From Promethearchaeota archaeon (GTDB taxonomy: Archaea > Asgardarchaeota > Lokiarchaeia > Sigyniarchaeales > SOKP01), in contig JAHPZJ010000024.1 in NCBI GenBank assembly GCA_019058245.1, positions 1 through 64,000 on the forward strand: 64,000 bases of DNA. The letters are read 5' to 3'. This document shows, piece by piece, positions 1-9,844 of the stretch (position 1 is the stretch's first letter; every line of letters starts with the position of its first letter). The notes beneath the pieces were generated by a model. The model saw only the letters and a list, made by a program, of their open reading frames with translations. It was not told the origin of the DNA and did no database searches. A program made the position numbers and the translations under genes.

Positions 1-67
1 TTAGAATATGAATATTTATGTATTTTGGATTAATGCAATTTAAAGAAAAAAAAGAAGGAAATTGAAT

Positions 68-592
68 ATGTCTGCTTTTAATCTAAAAATAATTTTACTA
101 AGATGGTTTGGTGTAGGAAAAATTATAGACAAGATAGTTAAAAATAGATATCGTGCCAGTTATAAATTAAGTGTTGGTGTAGATATTTTAACGAAAGATG
201 TTAATTTTAATAAGAACGAATTTGCTGCATTAAGTATTTGGGATATTCACCACCATCAACGTTTTGAATTCATAGAAAGTACTCTTTTTAAAGGTACAGC
301 GGGGGTTATCATTATTTTTGATTTAATAAATGAAAAGACATATAGAATTGCAATTGAAAAATATAAAGAAATTAAAAACATCGCAGGGGCAATTCCTTTT
401 CTATTAATTGGAGATAATTATCAGCGAATTGAAGATTTTGGACGTTATATTGATGAGGAGGAGACACGTTTATTTGCCCAGAAAGAAGGAGGGATATACA
501 TTGAAATATCTCCCCAAATAATTGATTTATTAGAAGAAGCAATCAAGAAAATGACTATTAAAATTATTGACAATCGTTTAAATATTAAATAA
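68..592 (+). CDS. Rab-like small GTPase-fold protein with degenerate G motifs (pseudo-GTPase)
   Basis: KIILL..GVGK, SVGVDI (G2 region), LSIWDI..QRF, GVIIIFDL, IPFLLIG, YIEIS in Rab order. G1 lacks T/S after GK, G3 lacks GG, G4 lacks NKxD. ATG at 68; ORF track starts at TTG 62. Confidence 0.7.
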   Translation: MSAFNLKIILLRWFGVGKIIDKIVKNRYRASYKLSVGVDILTKDVNFNKNEFAALSIWDIHHHQRFEFIESTLFKGTAGVIIIFDLINEKTYRIAIEKYKEIKNIAGAIPFLLIGDNYQRIEDFGRYIDEEETRLFAQKEGGIYIEISPQIIDLLEEAIKKMTIKIIDNRLNIK

Positions 593-862
593 ATAATTAC
601 ACATTTCTCTCCATAATCTTCTATAGGATATTTCTATGATTGTATCTGGTAGTAAGATGTTTTTAATGCTAAGAAAAGAAAATTAACAGCTACCTTATAA
701 GAATATTAAACATAAAGTAGACGAAAAATGGTACTTGAGTTTGGGATCAAAATTAATGAATAAAATGCACGCAAATTACAGAAAAAGGCTACCGAGAAAA
801 CTTAGAAATTTCAAATTAAGGAGATATAAATTTTAATATCAGTTCAGAATTTTTATGAATAA

Positions 863-991
863 GAAGACAATTTATAAATAGTATGGGAAATGCAAATTTC
901 AAATATAGCCGAAATTTTTCAAGTGCGGTATTACACTATTGCGTATTTATGAGAAGAATGAAATATAGAAAGATCTCCTCAAGGCTATTAG
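863..991 (+). pseudogene. Decayed small HTH-like gene remnant
   Basis: One frame reads EDNL*IVWEMQISNIAEIFQVRYYTIAYL*EE*NIERSPQGY*, resembling the VWxxPxxxIAxxFxVS...NIxRPPxGYW pattern, with four in-frame stops. Confidence 0.35.
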
Positions 992-1107
992 AATCAAAAT
1001 CTTTTCTTAAAAAACTAAAAATAAAATCATTAGATAAATGGATAGAAATAAATAAATAGACTAACTTTTAATTAGCAATATATAATTTTGGAATTATTAG
1101 TGATCTT

Positions 1108-2868
1108 ATGGCGACAAAATTAGAAGAAGAAGATTCACTTAGAAAAAAAGTCTGGAAAATCATTAATTTGATACAAGCAAATCAGTTATTCGTCCATTCC
1201 AAGAACTTGGAAATAAGATACTATAATGAAAAAAATAAGAAGATTGAACTAAAAAATTTGCCCGAAATTTTAACTTTAAATGTTTTAAATGCTCTAGTTC
1301 CTAATTCTGCGATGTTATTGATTGGTGGACATGGTGGGGGGAAGACCTCAATCTGTAAATATCTTGGTCGGATGTTTACTTCCAATTCCCTTAATGAAAT
1401 CGAGAACTCAATTATAAGAGGACATCCACAATTAACTGAAGAGAAACTTATAGGTACTTTAAAACTTGGGAAATTAATGAAGGAAGGAAAAGAAGAAGTA
1501 GTATGGCGTCAATTTGTTACTAACTTTTGGAAAATAATCGATGAAGTAAACCGTCTAACTCCATATGCTCAAGATATATTACTCTCTTTGCTTGCAGAAG
1601 GTACTGTTAAATATTATGACACAATTACTACTATAAATAAATACTGTCTGTTTGCCACAATAAATCCTCATGATGTTGGTACTTTTGAATTATCTCAACC
1701 ATTTTTAGACAGATTTGGAATCTCTGTGCCTATTTCAATGCCTGGAAGTCATGATTTGCGACTAATTTTAACTGGCAAAGATGAAAAATACAGTGGGTAT
1801 GATGAATTAATCCAAGTACCTAAAGTTTTAAATATAGATGAGTTAATGGAAATTCACTTCTATATTAATAGAATTTCTTTCCCATCTGAAGTTAATAACT
1901 ATATCCATGCTATAGTCAGAGAATTTACGTTATGTGATCGTATTGATAAAGGGAATACAGAAGACTTAAAACCCAGTACAGGGCTATGTTCAGGATGTCA
2001 TTTTAATACGGCTCAAAATGTTTGTAATAAAATTGATTCGATTTTAAGTGTGAGAGTTGCCAAGGATCTATTAAGATATTCCAAAGCCTTAACGTGGTTA
2101 TTAGGGTTTAATAAAGTTGACATTCATATTGTTAATACAATTGCTCCTTACGTAATATCGCATAGAACGATATATGTGAAAAGAGAGTTAGATAAAGCGC
2201 CATATTTTGGAAATAAATATGAATTTTCCAAGAATCTTTTGAATAAAATTTTAAAAAGATTTAAAAATCGTGAAACCTGTTATATCATTACAGAAAGATT
2301 TCGAGAGGGAAATCCTAAGGATAATGACTTAATAGAATTGAAAAAGTTCGAAAAGAATGATTTAATTGTAAAATATGATTTAATTCCATTTGTAAATTCA
2401 GTTAATAATAAAATATATCCTCTATTAGCTCAACAAATTCAAGAAGCCTCTAAAAAAGGTAATATTACAAAATTGGCTGAAATCAGAAATAACCTTATGG
2501 AAGAAATTGATTTCCCTAATAGAGGTGACTTAATAGAATGGATAAATCGTGAGTTATTTAAACAAACTGTTACTGATTATGTATTCAAATTTTCTTATTG
2601 GAAGGAATTATGGGCGGATATTGCAGCAGAGTTTTCTGAATTAGATCAACCAATAAAGGAAGCTTTCAGTCAAAGACAAACAAAACAAATCCGAACGGAA
2701 GATCTTTTAATAGAAATAAATGTAACTGGTACTAATGATGATTCATTAGTGAATATTCAGGTCTCAGGAGGTTCTGAAGCTTTAAAATTGAGAAATATAA
2801 TTAATAATTTAGGTTATATTCAGAAAGAAGAAAAAATAGTATTAGATCAAAATGGTACAATCAAGTAA
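1108..2868 (+). CDS. MoxR-family AAA+ ATPase with C-terminal extension
   Basis: Walker A GGHGGGKT, Walker B IIDEVNR, FATINP sensor, FLDRF arginine finger, SVR lid motif; overlaps a downstream vWA gene. Confidence 0.85.
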   Translation: MATKLEEEDSLRKKVWKIINLIQANQLFVHSKNLEIRYYNEKNKKIELKNLPEILTLNVLNALVPNSAMLLIGGHGGGKTSICKYLGRMFTSNSLNEIENSIIRGHPQLTEEKLIGTLKLGKLMKEGKEEVVWRQFVTNFWKIIDEVNRLTPYAQDILLSLLAEGTVKYYDTITTINKYCLFATINPHDVGTFELSQPFLDRFGISVPISMPGSHDLRLILTGKDEKYSGYDELIQVPKVLNIDELMEIHFYINRISFPSEVNNYIHAIVREFTLCDRIDKGNTEDLKPSTGLCSGCHFNTAQNVCNKIDSILSVRVAKDLLRYSKALTWLLGFNKVDIHIVNTIAPYVISHRTIYVKRELDKAPYFGNKYEFSKNLLNKILKRFKNRETCYIITERFREGNPKDNDLIELKKFEKNDLIVKYDLIPFVNSVNNKIYPLLAQQIQEASKKGNITKLAEIRNNLMEEIDFPNRGDLIEWINRELFKQTVTDYVFKFSYWKELWADIAAEFSELDQPIKEAFSQRQTKQIRTEDLLIEINVTGTNDDSLVNIQVSGGSEALKLRNIINNLGYIQKEEKIVLDQNGTIK

Positions 2869-4573
2869 AAGAGGAAAAAGTAAAACTAGTAAAAAAGAAA
2901 TTACAGAAAATGAATTAAAGATCATTGAATTAGCGAAGATCGCATTTGATAAAGCTCTTGCTGAATTTTATTTCCCTCCGTTAAATGAGCCTAATTATGT
3001 ATTTGATTATACACATTTAGAAGGTTTTTATATCGATCCTGAACATAGATGGCAGATTACAATGAACTTAGCCAATACTCCTTTATTCAAAGATAATAAT
3101 GAATATATAGACTATTTTCATATTATTTCACTTCATGAAATATCTCATTATCAGATAATACCTTATGATGGATTAATTAATGCAAAATTACTTAGAGCTG
3201 CTATGCTTCATGTAAACCAGAAATTTGCCCCTATAATTGTAAATATTTTTGCTGATCTTATAATAGACACAAAGTTATATCAAAAATATCCAAGTCTCAT
3301 CAAATGGGAGATGGAGGTAACCTATAAACATCTTAAAAGTAAGGGTTCAATTAGTAATTTGACAAAATTCCTGTTTCGAGCGTATGAAAAATTATGGAAG
3401 GAAGATGTATTACATGATGAAACATTAAAAGAAATGGATTCCTTAGCTGAAAAAGTTACTAAAACAATTCTAAAGGATTTCGAGGATGAGACTACCTGGG
3501 AAAAAAAAGTATCTCTAATTGCTAAATATTTAAATAATTTAATTCAAGATACTTTCACCTTAATAGGTACGGGAGGTATCTTGGATAAAAATAAAGAAAA
3601 GAGAAAAGGTCCAGGTGGAGTTTTTATAGAAGTTCCCAAAGATGTTTTAGAAGTAATGGATAATCCATTAGAGAATAAAAATGCTGATAAATTAAAACAA
3701 GGAAATGAAGATGATTTAAGACAAAAATCAGAAGATTTTGCAAAAGATATTCCATACTCCGAATTTGGTGGACCTGCTAGACAAGCAGGGATCTTGATTG
3801 ATGGAAATGCGTTAGCTACTTGGTATAGGGGATCCGCAAAAAATTTAATCGAAATAAAGATATTTGAGCAAAAGCCAGGAGGTCAGTTACCTGTTTATCC
3901 TGAAGTGTGGCGAATTGGAGATAGAATCGAACAATTGGACGTAGTTCAGAGTCTATTAAATAGCCCCATAATGATTCCGAATATTACAACAAGAAAATGG
4001 GCGTTTAGAGAGGGAACTGGGCACTTAGTAGAAAAGCAGATTCCTGATCTATTAATTGTTTTGGATTCTTCAGGTTCAATGGGTTGGAATTATATATCTA
4101 GATCTACCCGTGGTAAAGGACCTTATCATACCGCTTTAATAGCTGCATTTGCTTCTCTACACTTCGCTGCAAGTAAAGGAGCAAAATTTAGTATAATTAA
4201 TTTTTCAAATAGAGCAGATATTTGTCAATGGACTTCTGATTATAAAAAGGCTGAACACACTTTACTTAGATATCAAGGAGGTGGTACATTCCTGCCCATA
4301 AAACAAATTTCGAATCAATGTGGAAAAGCAGATAGAAATGTGCTTGTTTTTATTATTACGGATTTTGGCATTTATAATTGGAGTAAAGCTAAAAAAGTTA
4401 TGATAGATTTAGCTCAAAAAGGGCATAAAATTGTAGGTTTCTTTATTGGGTCAAAAAAAATTCCAATAAACAAATTTAAGAATTTACTTGATAAAGTTAC
4501 CTTCTATGGAATCGGAAATCCTAAAGATTTAATTAATCTAGTTATACAAGAAGTTAAAAAGAATTATTTATAG
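2852..4573 (+). CDS. HExxH metallopeptidase-like plus vWA (MIDAS) domain protein, MoxR partner
   Basis: LHEISH then NIFADLIID; C-terminal LDSSGSM MIDAS, GGGT, IITD; 17-bp overlap with the AAA gene. Confidence 0.85.
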   Translation: MVQSSKRGKSKTSKKEITENELKIIELAKIAFDKALAEFYFPPLNEPNYVFDYTHLEGFYIDPEHRWQITMNLANTPLFKDNNEYIDYFHIISLHEISHYQIIPYDGLINAKLLRAAMLHVNQKFAPIIVNIFADLIIDTKLYQKYPSLIKWEMEVTYKHLKSKGSISNLTKFLFRAYEKLWKEDVLHDETLKEMDSLAEKVTKTILKDFEDETTWEKKVSLIAKYLNNLIQDTFTLIGTGGILDKNKEKRKGPGGVFIEVPKDVLEVMDNPLENKNADKLKQGNEDDLRQKSEDFAKDIPYSEFGGPARQAGILIDGNALATWYRGSAKNLIEIKIFEQKPGGQLPVYPEVWRIGDRIEQLDVVQSLLNSPIMIPNITTRKWAFREGTGHLVEKQIPDLLIVLDSSGSMGWNYISRSTRGKGPYHTALIAAFASLHFAASKGAKFSIINFSNRADICQWTSDYKKAEHTLLRYQGGGTFLPIKQISNQCGKADRNVLVFIITDFGIYNWSKAKKVMIDLAQKGHKIVGFFIGSKKIPINKFKNLLDKVTFYGIGNPKDLINLVIQEVKKNYL

Positions 4574-4587
4574 TTACTTGTGAATTA

Positions 4588-4860
4588 TTATCGTTTGTTT
4601 ATTTCGCGTAGGTACTGCTTCATAAAATAACGTTGACTTTGGCAATAAAGAAGTTTATCTTTATCCGTTAAATGCCTACACTTCTGCAAAACATTTTGAA
4701 TATCAAAAAGTAATTTAAAATTATCATATTTTGCTTTTTGTGGAATTTCTTCTCTCTGCTCATTAATGGTTTTATTAGCAATTTTTATATCATAGAATAG
4801 ATCTCTAAGATTAAGAATAACTTCTGAGTCCTCAGTTTTTGAAATCATCATTTCTTTCAT
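4588..4860 (-). CDS. Hypothetical helical protein
   Basis: 90-aa ATG ORF with no competing frame; no motif recognised. Confidence 0.55.
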   Translation of the reverse strand: MKEMMISKTEDSEVILNLRDLFYDIKIANKTINEQREEIPQKAKYDNFKLLFDIQNVLQKCRHLTDKDKLLYCQSQRYFMKQYLREINKR

Positions 4861-5086
4861 CTGTTTTTAAAATTTATAAAATTCATTCAAGTCATAGTGA
4901 ATATCTCTATAATAGTGGAGAGATATCTACATATATATTAAAAACATATGATCAGATCTTTTGAAACTAAGTAATATATAGGTAATATGCTCAGGAATTT
5001 GATATTTGACATATCATTTGAAGTCATAAATAAAGAAAAAGAATTAATAAATAAATGAATAGTAGATTCAAAAGTAAATCTAAAAA

Positions 5087-5602
5087 TTAAAGTACAGAAA
5101 GAATGCTATCAATATCGAGCCACCCTTTCAAAGCATGTATTATTTTTCCTTGTTCATCGACAACAAATTGACCCGGTCCTTGTTTTTCCCATCCTTCATA
5201 TTCACCATGTTTAAAACCTAATTTCATAGCTTCTTTAAATTTTTCTTTAACTTGTTTAACCGCTTCCACATTCATTAATCCAAGGCCATATTCCTTATAT
5301 AATTCATCTTTAGAACTTGGTATAACAGGAAAATTAATATTTTCTTTCTTAATGTATTCTTTTGCTACTTTTTCACCAGATTGAGTAATGTATAAGATTT
5401 TTGCTCCCTTATTTTCAATCTCATTTTTCCGTTTCATTAATGTGGAGAAATCAAGTAAACAAATTGGACATCCAAAATATCTTGAAAATATCAAAACAAC
5501 TTTTTGCCCTTTAAATTCTTCTAAATTAATAGTTCCGGAGTTATAAGAATTTAATTTAAATTGAGGGGCATCATCTCCTTCTTTTAGATCGATATCTCCC
5601 AT
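5087..5602 (-). CDS. AhpC/TSA peroxiredoxin-like thioredoxin-fold protein
   Basis: GDDAPQFKL, FSRYFGCPIC (CxxC), QFVVDEQGKI. Confidence 0.85.
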   Translation of the reverse strand: MGDIDLKEGDDAPQFKLNSYNSGTINLEEFKGQKVVLIFSRYFGCPICLLDFSTLMKRKNEIENKGAKILYITQSGEKVAKEYIKKENINFPVIPSSKDELYKEYGLGLMNVEAVKQVKEKFKEAMKLGFKHGEYEGWEKQGPGQFVVDEQGKIIHALKGWLDIDSILSVL

Positions 5603-5694
5603 AATCTTCCCTATATAATAATTTATATATTCTTTAGTTCTAGTTTTTATAAAAAATTTATTAGTATTAACTATAATAGATCTATTTACATATG

Positions 5695-6483
5695 TTAATC
5701 ATGGCTTTCCTCAAAAGACATTAAGACAAAACCTAATAGGATTGGAGTGAGAGAAAGTAAAAATAAAAAATACCAGAGATAATACAAATAATAAACTTCT
5801 TCAAAGTGCCATGGAGCCCATCCATGATAAGATATCATAAGAATAAAGAATCCTAAACCTACTAATTTTGGTCCAATTTCTTTAGCCTTATACCCATAAA
5901 AAGTAAAAATATATGCCATAGTAAAACAGACAGGAATCCAAATTGTATAAAGGAATAAATACATTGTGACTTCAATAGGATCTTCAGATGGTATTATGAA
6001 TAATCCTAATATTAACCATAAAAATCCAAGTATAAGCACAGAAATACTAGGAATTTGCTGTAATTTTTTATTGTCGGTTAAAATCTCTAAAATACCATAT
6101 AAAATTCCCGCCGAGAAACATGGCATTCCCCATCTCCAAAGAAAAAAATGAAATACAGATAAATTTTCATTAGCAATAGGAAACCCTATAGCTCTGAAGA
6201 TATGTGCAACAAAAGTTATACTATAGACAAGAAACGAAATACTCCAGATTAATAAAGATTTATTTTTTTTATTTGTTCTAATCCATCTTAATAATAAGTA
6301 TCCTGAAATCGTCCATAATAATATTGTACTATTTAATCCAAGACCAAGCAAATAGAAATGTTCTTGTAATTGAGGTACTGGTACTCCGTGTGGTAATACA
6401 ATCAGCACATAAACAGATATAATTGAAAGAATTATAAGTCCAGCAATATATAATAAATGACTCTTTTCCAAATTAATTACCAT
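5695..6483 (-). CDS. Polytopic membrane protein (~8 TM), no catalytic domain
   Basis: About eight hydrophobic segments; start overlaps the stop of the upstream gene by 7 bp. Confidence 0.75.
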   Translation of the reverse strand: MVINLEKSHLLYIAGLIILSIISVYVLIVLPHGVPVPQLQEHFYLLGLGLNSTILLWTISGYLLLRWIRTNKKNKSLLIWSISFLVYSITFVAHIFRAIGFPIANENLSVFHFFLWRWGMPCFSAGILYGILEILTDNKKLQQIPSISVLILGFLWLILGLFIIPSEDPIEVTMYLFLYTIWIPVCFTMAYIFTFYGYKAKEIGPKLVGLGFFILMISYHGWAPWHFEEVYYLYYLWYFLFLLSLTPILLGFVLMSFEESHD

Positions 6484-6971
6484 TTAAATTGTTTAAACTT
6501 TTTAACGATTTTCTCATCTTTAATTTTTTCTGTCGACCTTTCTCTTAAGACATCGTAAAATTCTTGAAGTATTTCATGTAATTCTTTTACTTTTAACTCA
6601 ATTTCAGGATCATTTTTATTTAGATAACCTTTAGTGTAGAAAGCTTTATAGATATTCACAATAGATTTTATTTTCGTCGAGTAATTTTTCATTGTTTCAT
6701 AAAGTAATTCACCTTTGAAATCTCTATCAGTTATTATTGAAAACATTAACATTTCTTTATTACCACGAGCCCAACAAGAAGTAATTTCAAAATACATATT
6801 TGTTATCTTTAAATCTTCCTCAATTAATATAACTTCAAAGAATTCCTCTGACATATCTAAATCAAAAAAATTTAACATTTTTTTGCTAATTTTCTCTAAT
6901 ATTGAACCTGGATGAGAAAAAAAAATCTCTGGACCAACAACTGTATTAAAATATAACAAAGCTAGTTGCAT
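6477..6971 (-). CDS. Longin/uDENN-like small protein
   Basis: N-terminal LALLYFNTVVGPEIFFSHP beta-hairpin and later ARG..EMLMFSII pattern, typical of Asgard longin/uDENN-like domains. Confidence 0.6.
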   Translation of the reverse strand: MQLALLYFNTVVGPEIFFSHPGSILEKISKKMLNFFDLDMSEEFFEVILIEEDLKITNMYFEITSCWARGNKEMLMFSIITDRDFKGELLYETMKNYSTKIKSIVNIYKAFYTKGYLNKNDPEIELKVKELHEILQEFYDVLRERSTEKIKDEKIVKKFKQFKW

Positions 6972-7163
6972 TATTTCAACTTTAGTAATGATAATTTTAT
7001 CTTATTTTGATTTTTTATAGGTATAATTACTTTTTATTAATTTAGTTATTCGAATATATAATAATTATTGTTTCTAAATTACCAAAATTGATAAAATAAC
7101 CTATAATAATTATCATTCTAATTTTAAGAAAGAAAAGATTACCTACAATAATTATAGGTTTTC

Positions 7164-7817
7164 TTAAAAATTCTGCTTAATCCAATCTTTAAATTTTATC
7201 TTTCTAAGCTGTTCTGCCCATAAAGCTTTTATATTAGGTATATCAGGTAAAATATTTTCTTTTTTGAGATATTTATAAAGATTTTCTGTTGCTTTTTCAA
7301 TTAATATTTCATATAAAGGAGTTTCTTCATTTAAATCACCTATTTTTTCAACTTCTTCTCTTAATTGCATAATAATTTTTATCCAATTTTCTGAAAATTT
7401 CTCAATGTATTTTTCTAATTTCTTGGAATGTTCTATTGATAATATTGGGATAGTTAATTGATAATTTTTATCTACTAATTTAACTAAATTATACCATTCT
7501 AAAGTCATTAAATGATTTTCAACAGTTTCTTTTGTCCATTGATATGATATCTTACAATCATAATCTTCTTTTGTAATTAACAAAGGATCTGGAGAAAAAT
7601 TAACTCTTTCATGTATTTGTTGAAATGATTTTTCCCCATTAGCAAGCATTATTAAAATTTCACGTCTTACCTTATTATCTAAAATCCATGGAATTTCGGG
7701 ATCATCCCAAGGTTTCGCTGTAGTAAAATCAAACCAAGGTTCAATCTCATCTACATTTATTTTCCCTATAAAACGATAATTATGATATTTTGTATTTTCT
7801 CTCATAGTCATTCTCAC
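7164..7817 (-). CDS. ArsR-like winged-helix protein
   Basis: LDNKVRREILIMLANGEKSFQQI ... TVENHLMTLEWYNLV. Confidence 0.6.
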   Translation of the reverse strand: MRMTMRENTKYHNYRFIGKINVDEIEPWFDFTTAKPWDDPEIPWILDNKVRREILIMLANGEKSFQQIHERVNFSPDPLLITKEDYDCKISYQWTKETVENHLMTLEWYNLVKLVDKNYQLTIPILSIEHSKKLEKYIEKFSENWIKIIMQLREEVEKIGDLNEETPLYEILIEKATENLYKYLKKENILPDIPNIKALWAEQLRKIKFKDWIKQNF

Positions 7818-7850
7818 TATTTTTTAATTTTTAATTTTTTCCTATTCTTT

Positions 7851-8813
7851 TTATTCTTCTTGAAGCATGGCTTCGATAAGAATTTGAGTAGCTTCTTCTT
7901 CAGTTAAGCCTTTAGCTTGAAGTTCATCCAACCATTTTTGTGGAAATCTTCCCAATGAAGCTTCATGTGAAACGCTTGATGTTGGATCTATAGCTCTGAT
8001 AAAGGGACGAGCTCTACAAATTGATCCTTTTCCTAACACAATTTCATTACATTCAACATGTCCGTTACATCGGGGAGCATTCCCTTCAGTAACTCCATAC
8101 ATCAATACTTCCCCTCCATCTTTAGCAGCAGCTTTCATTTTAATTATACTTCTTGCGTTTTCACCTTCAAGAAAAACAGAATCTCTAATTCTAATCGAAT
8201 CTTTTTTACATTTTCCAAAAGCTCTGATATTTGATTTAATAACACTATTTTTCATTGCATATATATCAATTAATATTTTTACCTTACCAGGTGTTCCTCT
8301 TGTAAGAGTAAAATTATTTTCGAAAATACTATTTTCACCAACATACATGTATCCCACTGGAGCAACTAATGCACCTGAATTCTCTCCATGATAATGGGTT
8401 TCACTATAAGTAAAATTACAATTTTTTCCAATATAAAAATGTCCAAACATTTTATGAATAAGTCCATTTGCTTTTGGAAAACTGCAGTGTGCCTGTACAG
8501 TAACATCTGTATTATCCTCAGCTATAATTCTTGGAAAGATTTCTTGAACACCCGTTTCTTTATTAACACCAAAACATAAATGAATAGGTTCTTCAATTTT
8601 TGTACCCTCTTTAATTATAATGTCCGCTACAATTCCATTTTCGATTTCTCTCCCCTTTAAAATAACTCCTTCAACTTGTTCGACACCACTTATCCGATTA
8701 AAATCTAATAAAAGTTTGGCTCCTTTCCCGTGTCCTGGTAAAAAATCTCTAATATCAATATTATAATCTTCAAGACTTTCTAATATTTCTTCTGGATATT
8801 CTACATTATTCAT
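7851..8813 (-). CDS. sufB: SufB/SufD-family Fe-S assembly protein (SmsB type)
   Basis: PIHLCFG, GHVECNEI, VSHEASLG, LQAKGLTEEEA; 4-bp overlap with sufC. Confidence 0.9.
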   Translation of the reverse strand: MNNVEYPEEILESLEDYNIDIRDFLPGHGKGAKLLLDFNRISGVEQVEGVILKGREIENGIVADIIIKEGTKIEEPIHLCFGVNKETGVQEIFPRIIAEDNTDVTVQAHCSFPKANGLIHKMFGHFYIGKNCNFTYSETHYHGENSGALVAPVGYMYVGENSIFENNFTLTRGTPGKVKILIDIYAMKNSVIKSNIRAFGKCKKDSIRIRDSVFLEGENARSIIKMKAAAKDGGEVLMYGVTEGNAPRCNGHVECNEIVLGKGSICRARPFIRAIDPTSSVSHEASLGRFPQKWLDELQAKGLTEEEATQILIEAMLQEE

Positions 8814-9607
8814 TGTCCTTGCTCCTCTTTAAATATTTTATCAATATAATCCTCATCGAAACATTGTTGCTTCCCATTGAATAATTTTCTTTTGCAAAAT
8901 TCCTTTAAACCAGCTTTTGCACAATATCTTAGCATAACTTTTGGAAAAACATCAGTCATTAATGAATCTCCTCTCCAGATAAGGGTTCCATAATCTGCAA
9001 CCATCCCAATATCTTCTCTGTGGGTGATTAATAAAATAGTCATATTTAATTCCTTGATTTTTCCAAAAATATTAAGAAAATCTTCAATTACAATGAAATC
9101 TAATCCAGAATCAGGTTCATCCAATATAATCAATCGAGGTCTCATTGCTATAGCTGCAGCTAACTCTACTCTCTTTCTTTCTCCACCACTTAGAGATTCA
9201 TCAATATTTCGCTTCATATATCTTTCAGGCTCTAAATTTACAATATTTAAGGCTTCACTAATGATTTCTTTGGTATTAACTTTGTCCTTAATTCCAAGAG
9301 AAATATATTTTGGAATTGATAATCCATCAATTCTAGCGGGTTCTTGCCATGCTAAAGTTATCCCTAAATTTGCACGTTCAGATATACTCATATTTGTTAT
9401 GTCAATTCCATCAAAATAAATCTTTCCACTTGAAGGTTTATAGTTATTTAATCCCATTATAGTATATGCCAACGTTGATTTTCCAGAGCCATTCGGACCT
9501 ATAATAGCATGTATAGATCCCTCTTTAACACCAAAAGAGACCTTATTAATTATAACACATTTTTCATCTATTGTTGGTATTGTTAAATCATGAGTTTCTA
9601 AAATCAA
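8810..9607 (-). CDS. sufC: SufC-family ABC ATPase (SmsC type)
   Basis: GPNGSGKST, LAWQEP, LSGGERKR, LDEPDSGLD; three C-terminal Cys. Confidence 0.9.
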   Translation of the reverse strand: MILETHDLTIPTIDEKCVIINKVSFGVKEGSIHAIIGPNGSGKSTLAYTIMGLNNYKPSSGKIYFDGIDITNMSISERANLGITLAWQEPARIDGLSIPKYISLGIKDKVNTKEIISEALNIVNLEPERYMKRNIDESLSGGERKRVELAAAIAMRPRLIILDEPDSGLDFIVIEDFLNIFGKIKELNMTILLITHREDIGMVADYGTLIWRGDSLMTDVFPKVMLRYCAKAGLKEFCKRKLFNGKQQCFDEDYIDKIFKEEQGQ

Positions 9608-9844
9608 TTTATTTCACTTATAGATCATAATTGCATATTTATCTAGAAAGCATAGTTAAGATATTAAATTATTTTTTTAATAAAAACTTAAATTTTCTTT
9701 AGTTTTCTAATATTTGAAAAACTTACTGATCTAACTTATAAATAGAAAATAGTACATAAATTAAAATAGACCTTTAATATTATAATCTTAGGTTCCATAA
9801 TAAAATTTAACAACAACCATACACAGTTTTTATTTATTTTATAG

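Noticed and set aside
883-1059. 58-aa ORF MGNANFKY... upstream of the MoxR gene
   Set aside because: No motif or SD; an overlapping frame gives a more recognisable decayed HTH-like pattern.
4903-4927. Short inverted repeat ATATCTCT...AGAGATAT
   Set aside because: An 8-bp AT-rich inverted repeat is expected by chance at this composition.
5087-5602. Possible selenoprotein peroxiredoxin with SECIS
   Set aside because: Active site is CPIC with ordinary Cys codons; no in-frame TGA and no convincing SECIS seen.
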